Shown one piece after another: positions 27,205 to 30,356 of a stretch of DNA of 30,356 bases. This stretch comes from Deltaproteobacteria bacterium TL4 (lineage in GTDB: Bacteria; SAR324; NAC60-12). The stretch is from contig JBBCAX010000240.1 in the NCBI GenBank assembly GCA_051382335.1, forward strand, positions 1 through 30,356, written 5' to 3'. The position numbers and the translations under genes were made by a program. Below the pieces are notes generated by a model. It saw nothing but the letters and a program-made list of their open reading frames with translations, searched no databases and was not told the DNA's origin. Each line of letters opens with the position of its first letter. The first letter of the stretch is position 1.

Positions 27205-29436
27205 TCATTTCCGGTCCAGGATCCAGGCACCATCCCAGTCTTCCGGAGGCGGGTTTACCTGATAAAATCGGCAGCGTTGAATATGCTGTTGGGCCACAAC
27301 ATCGTCCGGATAAATCTGAAGCGCTTTTTCAAACAGACTGAGGGCTTCCTGCCATTTTCGATGCTGAATCGCCAGCAAACCTTCGCTGAGCCAAGGGGAT
27401 GAGCCTTTTTTTGAATGCAGGACTTCAGGGAGATCGGTGTCAAAGACCTCATAAACTCCGACGGGTTGTCGTCGCCCCTTGACTCGCACCAGATCCAATT
27501 CTCTGAGCTGATAATTCCAGGTATGGGTCAACATCCGGACTATCTCGGAACTGATGAGGATGGAGGCATTATAGTGTTTGGACAAAGATTCCAGACGTGC
27601 GGCCAGATTGACGGTGTCGCCGAGAACCGTGGTATCCATACGGCTTTGAGTTCCCACAGTTCCAATCACCACATTCCCACTGTGAATACCGATTCCCGTT
27701 TGAATCGGTGAGTATCCCACTTTTCTCCGATGTTGGTTGTACACCGTCAGAGCGTTTTGCATTCCAATTGCGGCATCAACCGCACAGGCAGCTCTCACTA
27801 AAGTGGAGGTGTCAGGAATATCAAACACCGCCATAATCGCGTCACCGATAAACTTGTCCACGAAGCCCAGGTTCTGTTCAATCGGAACACTCATTCTGAG
27901 GAAATAGGCATTCAGAAAGTTCAGTACCTCCTGAGGTTCCAGGCCTTCAGACAAGGAGATAAAGGAGCGAATATCCGAGAACAGTACCGTCACCACAGCA
28001 CTTTCCGCTTTTCCCAGTTCAAAATGATTCACCTCACCGGTCTCCACCCTCTTAAGAAACTGCTGAGGAACAAACTTTTCAAACTCACTTTTCTGAATTC
28101 GGGTACGCTGAAGTTCTTCATTACGCAGTTCCAACTGCAGGGTGCGTTCCGCTACCTTGTTTTCTAAATGTTCACCGAATTGTGCCACCTGAAGAAAAGC
28201 CTTGGAAAACCGGACGGAAAGCATCATTGATTGCGCAAAAAGAAATCCGACCAGACCATACGAGGCCATAGTTACGGTTCGAATGAGCAGTTTTGTGTAT
28301 AAAATGTCATTGATGATGGCCATCGCAAAAATGAGTAATCCTGCTAAAAACCAACCCCCGTTCTCCTCTTTTTTCCAACAGGCCATTGACACGCTGAGGA
28401 TGACATAAAGCATTACAAACAAGGTAAACAGATGATAGGCGGAAAGCGAATAAGTATAAATCCAGGGGGGCGTCAGGACTACCAACAGTGAGGCCAACAC
28501 ACCGATTCCGCAAATCGGTCGGACGATTTTGTTGGAAAACTGCCTTGGAAAAACACTTTGACCGAAAAGCACAAAGACAAAGACACTGAGGTAATAAGTC
28601 AAATACTCCACTTTGTAGCAAAACAACCATAACGTTTCATCAAAATACCCGTAGAGGAACTTTTCCTCAGTCAAGAGAGTTCTCAACGCGATGAGCAGGC
28701 AAGATATCCCAAGGTACAGCGTCGATTTTTCGGAGGGACGAATTATATAAAGTCCCAGGTGATAGAGCCCCATGATGAAAATACATCCGAACACCATCCA
28801 TTGCAGACGCGCCGAGACCCTTTGTTCCCCCTTAAGACGCTCAGGACTATTCAGACTCAACGAATACCACGGACCGCCTTTGTAGGTATGGAAATTCGAA
28901 ATTCGAAGCAGCAGGATCCAGGGACTGCGACTTTGTGGCTGTATCTCAACGATTGTGGGATGATAGGAAGGCTGCATCAAGTCCCGTGAGATACCGATTC
29001 TTCCACTGGAAGCAAGCAACTGTCCATTGTGTTCCAACTCATAAGCGGTTCCCATGATGGGTATTTTAAAAGCCAGGTCGCCTGCGGTCTCGTTCATCGA
29101 CACCGTCAGACGATAGGTCGCATAACCTTCGGAACCAACAGCCTTGTGGTCCACTTCAAGATCGTTCCACCGTCCCGGGACTTTGGCATAGGCGTCCGGT
29201 TTCAGAGAGGGGCTGGTTTCAAAATCAGAACTACTTAAAAACTGCTTCCAGTAAAAGCCCCATTCTCCATCCAGCTTCACCTGACCATCATTTTCAAAAT
29301 TCCAGTTGCTTAAATCCAGGACACCCTGCACCGCATGAGGTGGTTGTTTATTTCGAAGCTCTGTATTTCGGCAACCAACCAGAATGCCCAAGACAAGGAC
29401 TCCGTAAATGATTTTAAGAAGATGAGAAGGCCTCAT
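27205..29436 (-). CDS. 7TM-DISM receptor / class III adenylate-guanylate cyclase / TPR protein, paralog B (canonical active site)
   Basis: Same architecture; FSDIRSF, DKFIGDAIMA, GDTVNLAARLE, RVKGR. Start 29436 aligns with paralog A; the ORF track gives 29505. Confidence 0.93.
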   Translation of the reverse strand: MRPSHLLKIIYGVLVLGILVGCRNTELRNKQPPHAVQGVLDLSNWNFENDGQVKLDGEWGFYWKQFLSSSDFETSPSLKPDAYAKVPGRWNDLEVDHKAVGSEGYATYRLTVSMNETAGDLAFKIPIMGTAYELEHNGQLLASSGRIGISRDLMQPSYHPTIVEIQPQSRSPWILLLRISNFHTYKGGPWYSLSLNSPERLKGEQRVSARLQWMVFGCIFIMGLYHLGLYIIRPSEKSTLYLGISCLLIALRTLLTEEKFLYGYFDETLWLFCYKVEYLTYYLSVFVFVLFGQSVFPRQFSNKIVRPICGIGVLASLLVVLTPPWIYTYSLSAYHLFTLFVMLYVILSVSMACWKKEENGGWFLAGLLIFAMAIINDILYTKLLIRTVTMASYGLVGFLFAQSMMLSVRFSKAFLQVAQFGEHLENKVAERTLQLELRNEELQRTRIQKSEFEKFVPQQFLKRVETGEVNHFELGKAESAVVTVLFSDIRSFISLSEGLEPQEVLNFLNAYFLRMSVPIEQNLGFVDKFIGDAIMAVFDIPDTSTLVRAACAVDAAIGMQNALTVYNQHRRKVGYSPIQTGIGIHSGNVVIGTVGTQSRMDTTVLGDTVNLAARLESLSKHYNASILISSEIVRMLTHTWNYQLRELDLVRVKGRRQPVGVYEVFDTDLPEVLHSKKGSSPWLSEGLLAIQHRKWQEALSLFEKALQIYPDDVVAQQHIQRCRFYQVNPPPEDWDGAWILDRK

Positions 29437-29561
29437 TGCGTTCCCCCAATGTTGAATTACCACTAATAGGGTATTATGAATGAAAGGAAGAGAAAACCGA
29501 CTCACCCAGAAAAATAATTAAGGAGGATTATTTGATTCCTCATTTTGTTTGGAAATTGTCA

Positions 29562-29891
29562 TTACTGAATAATGATAAAACCTTTCTCATTTTTAGGCAA
29601 TTTCTCAATGGAGTTGAGGTTCACCCTTAACAACTTCTCAATCAATTGGATTGAACAATTACCTCTTCTGATCCAGATGATATCGGGAGGCGTTCCAAAT
29701 ATAATGCGACGTTCATGGAAATCTGAATCTTTTGTCACAATGGTATATCCATTTGTTTTGGCATAGTCCCATATCACCGGATCACTTGCATCGCCAAAAC
29801 CAATATCCTGGACATGCTTTGATGAGGGGTAAATATCTGCTAACTTTTCAACAAGTTTAGGAGATAAATTCTGAGCGAATAATAAATGCAT
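29562..29891 (-). CDS. DUF5615 PIN-like (VapC45-type) toxin
   Basis: MxLLFxQNLSPKL, SD..IWDYAK..GY.IVTKDSDF, GTPP..IWIR.GNCS; directly downstream of DUF433. Confidence 0.9.
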   Translation of the reverse strand: MHLLFAQNLSPKLVEKLADIYPSSKHVQDIGFGDASDPVIWDYAKTNGYTIVTKDSDFHERRIIFGTPPDIIWIRRGNCSIQLIEKLLRVNLNSIEKLPKNEKGFIIIQ

Positions 29892-29892
29892 C

Positions 29893-30111
29893 TTATACCG
29901 CTATCTGTAAACGTTCACGATCAGCAGCGTAACGCAGGCACGCAAGTATATCTTTTTTTGTTAAATAAGGAAAATCATCTACTATCTCTTCTTGGCTCAT
30001 GCCAGACGCTAAATATTCCAAAACATCATAAACAGTGATCCTCATTCCTCGGATACAAGGCTTTCCTCCACGTTTTTCTGGCTCAATAGTAATAATATCT
30101 CTGTAGTTCAT
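29893..30111 (-). CDS. DUF433 (VapB45-type) antitoxin
   Basis: ITIEPEKRGGKPCIRGMRITVYDVLEYLASGMS.EEI..DFPYL...DI.ACL.YAA; start ATG 30111. Confidence 0.95.
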   Translation of the reverse strand: MNYRDIITIEPEKRGGKPCIRGMRITVYDVLEYLASGMSQEEIVDDFPYLTKKDILACLRYAADRERLQIAV

Positions 30112-30356
30112 CTCATATTCTCTCAAAAATGGTTACAGAACAGTAATCAAGTGATTTAGTCCTATTTCAAGAACCCCTTTCATTCTTTTCTCTATGATAC
30201 AGATCATAGTTAAACTTAATTGTATAATTAAATCTCGACTTTGAACAATTTGCTCAATATTACTCCTGAATAAAATCAGAGACTTATAAAGTCGTATTAG
30301 AATTAATGATAGGTTTGGCCTGAAAAACGGGAAATAATAACCTTGCATTAATTCAT

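Noticed and set aside
25256..29238. Multiple short ORFs inside the cyclase genes
   Set aside because: Shadow frames; their similarity between copies follows from the gene duplication.
1..30356. tRNA, rRNA, integrase, prophage or intact transposase
   Set aside because: None recognisable by eye; a covariance-model scan would be needed to exclude small RNAs.

Overview
Bacterial chromosomal window, moderately AT-rich; the gene style suggests a Deltaproteobacteria/SAR324-like organism, but this is inference only. The housekeeping backbone is tsaD, a SurA-like PPIase, mnmA, aroK and asd. Signalling and accessory genes are interleaved with it: a cheR gene coupled to an RsbT-type kinase fused to an isochorismatase-like domain; a lipoprotein metallophosphoesterase; a three-gene envelope module (FlgT_N-like lipoprotein, HEAT lipoprotein, FecR-domain protein); an MBL-fold hydrolase; two tandem 7TM-DISM class III nucleotidyl cyclases; and a DUF433/DUF5615 toxin-antitoxin pair. 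The centre (about 10.7-20.9 kb) is a decayed accessory islet. It holds IS ends, an acyl-CoA thioesterase pseudogene, and a broken MCP-cheW locus interrupted by an intact sulfate ABC operon (sbp-cysT-cysW-cysA) with a divergent sigma54 activator. Intergenic DNA is unusually rich in REP/MITE-like palindromes, several built as IS-like terminal inverted repeats enclosing different inner hairpins. The most notable signals are (i) one cyclase paralog has lost two C2-type catalytic residues, suggesting a pseudo-heterodimeric cyclase; (ii) the CheR plus RsbT-isochorismatase module; (iii) modular nested repeat elements; (iv) a sigma54-controlled sulfate importer. No rRNA, tRNA or CRISPR array was seen.
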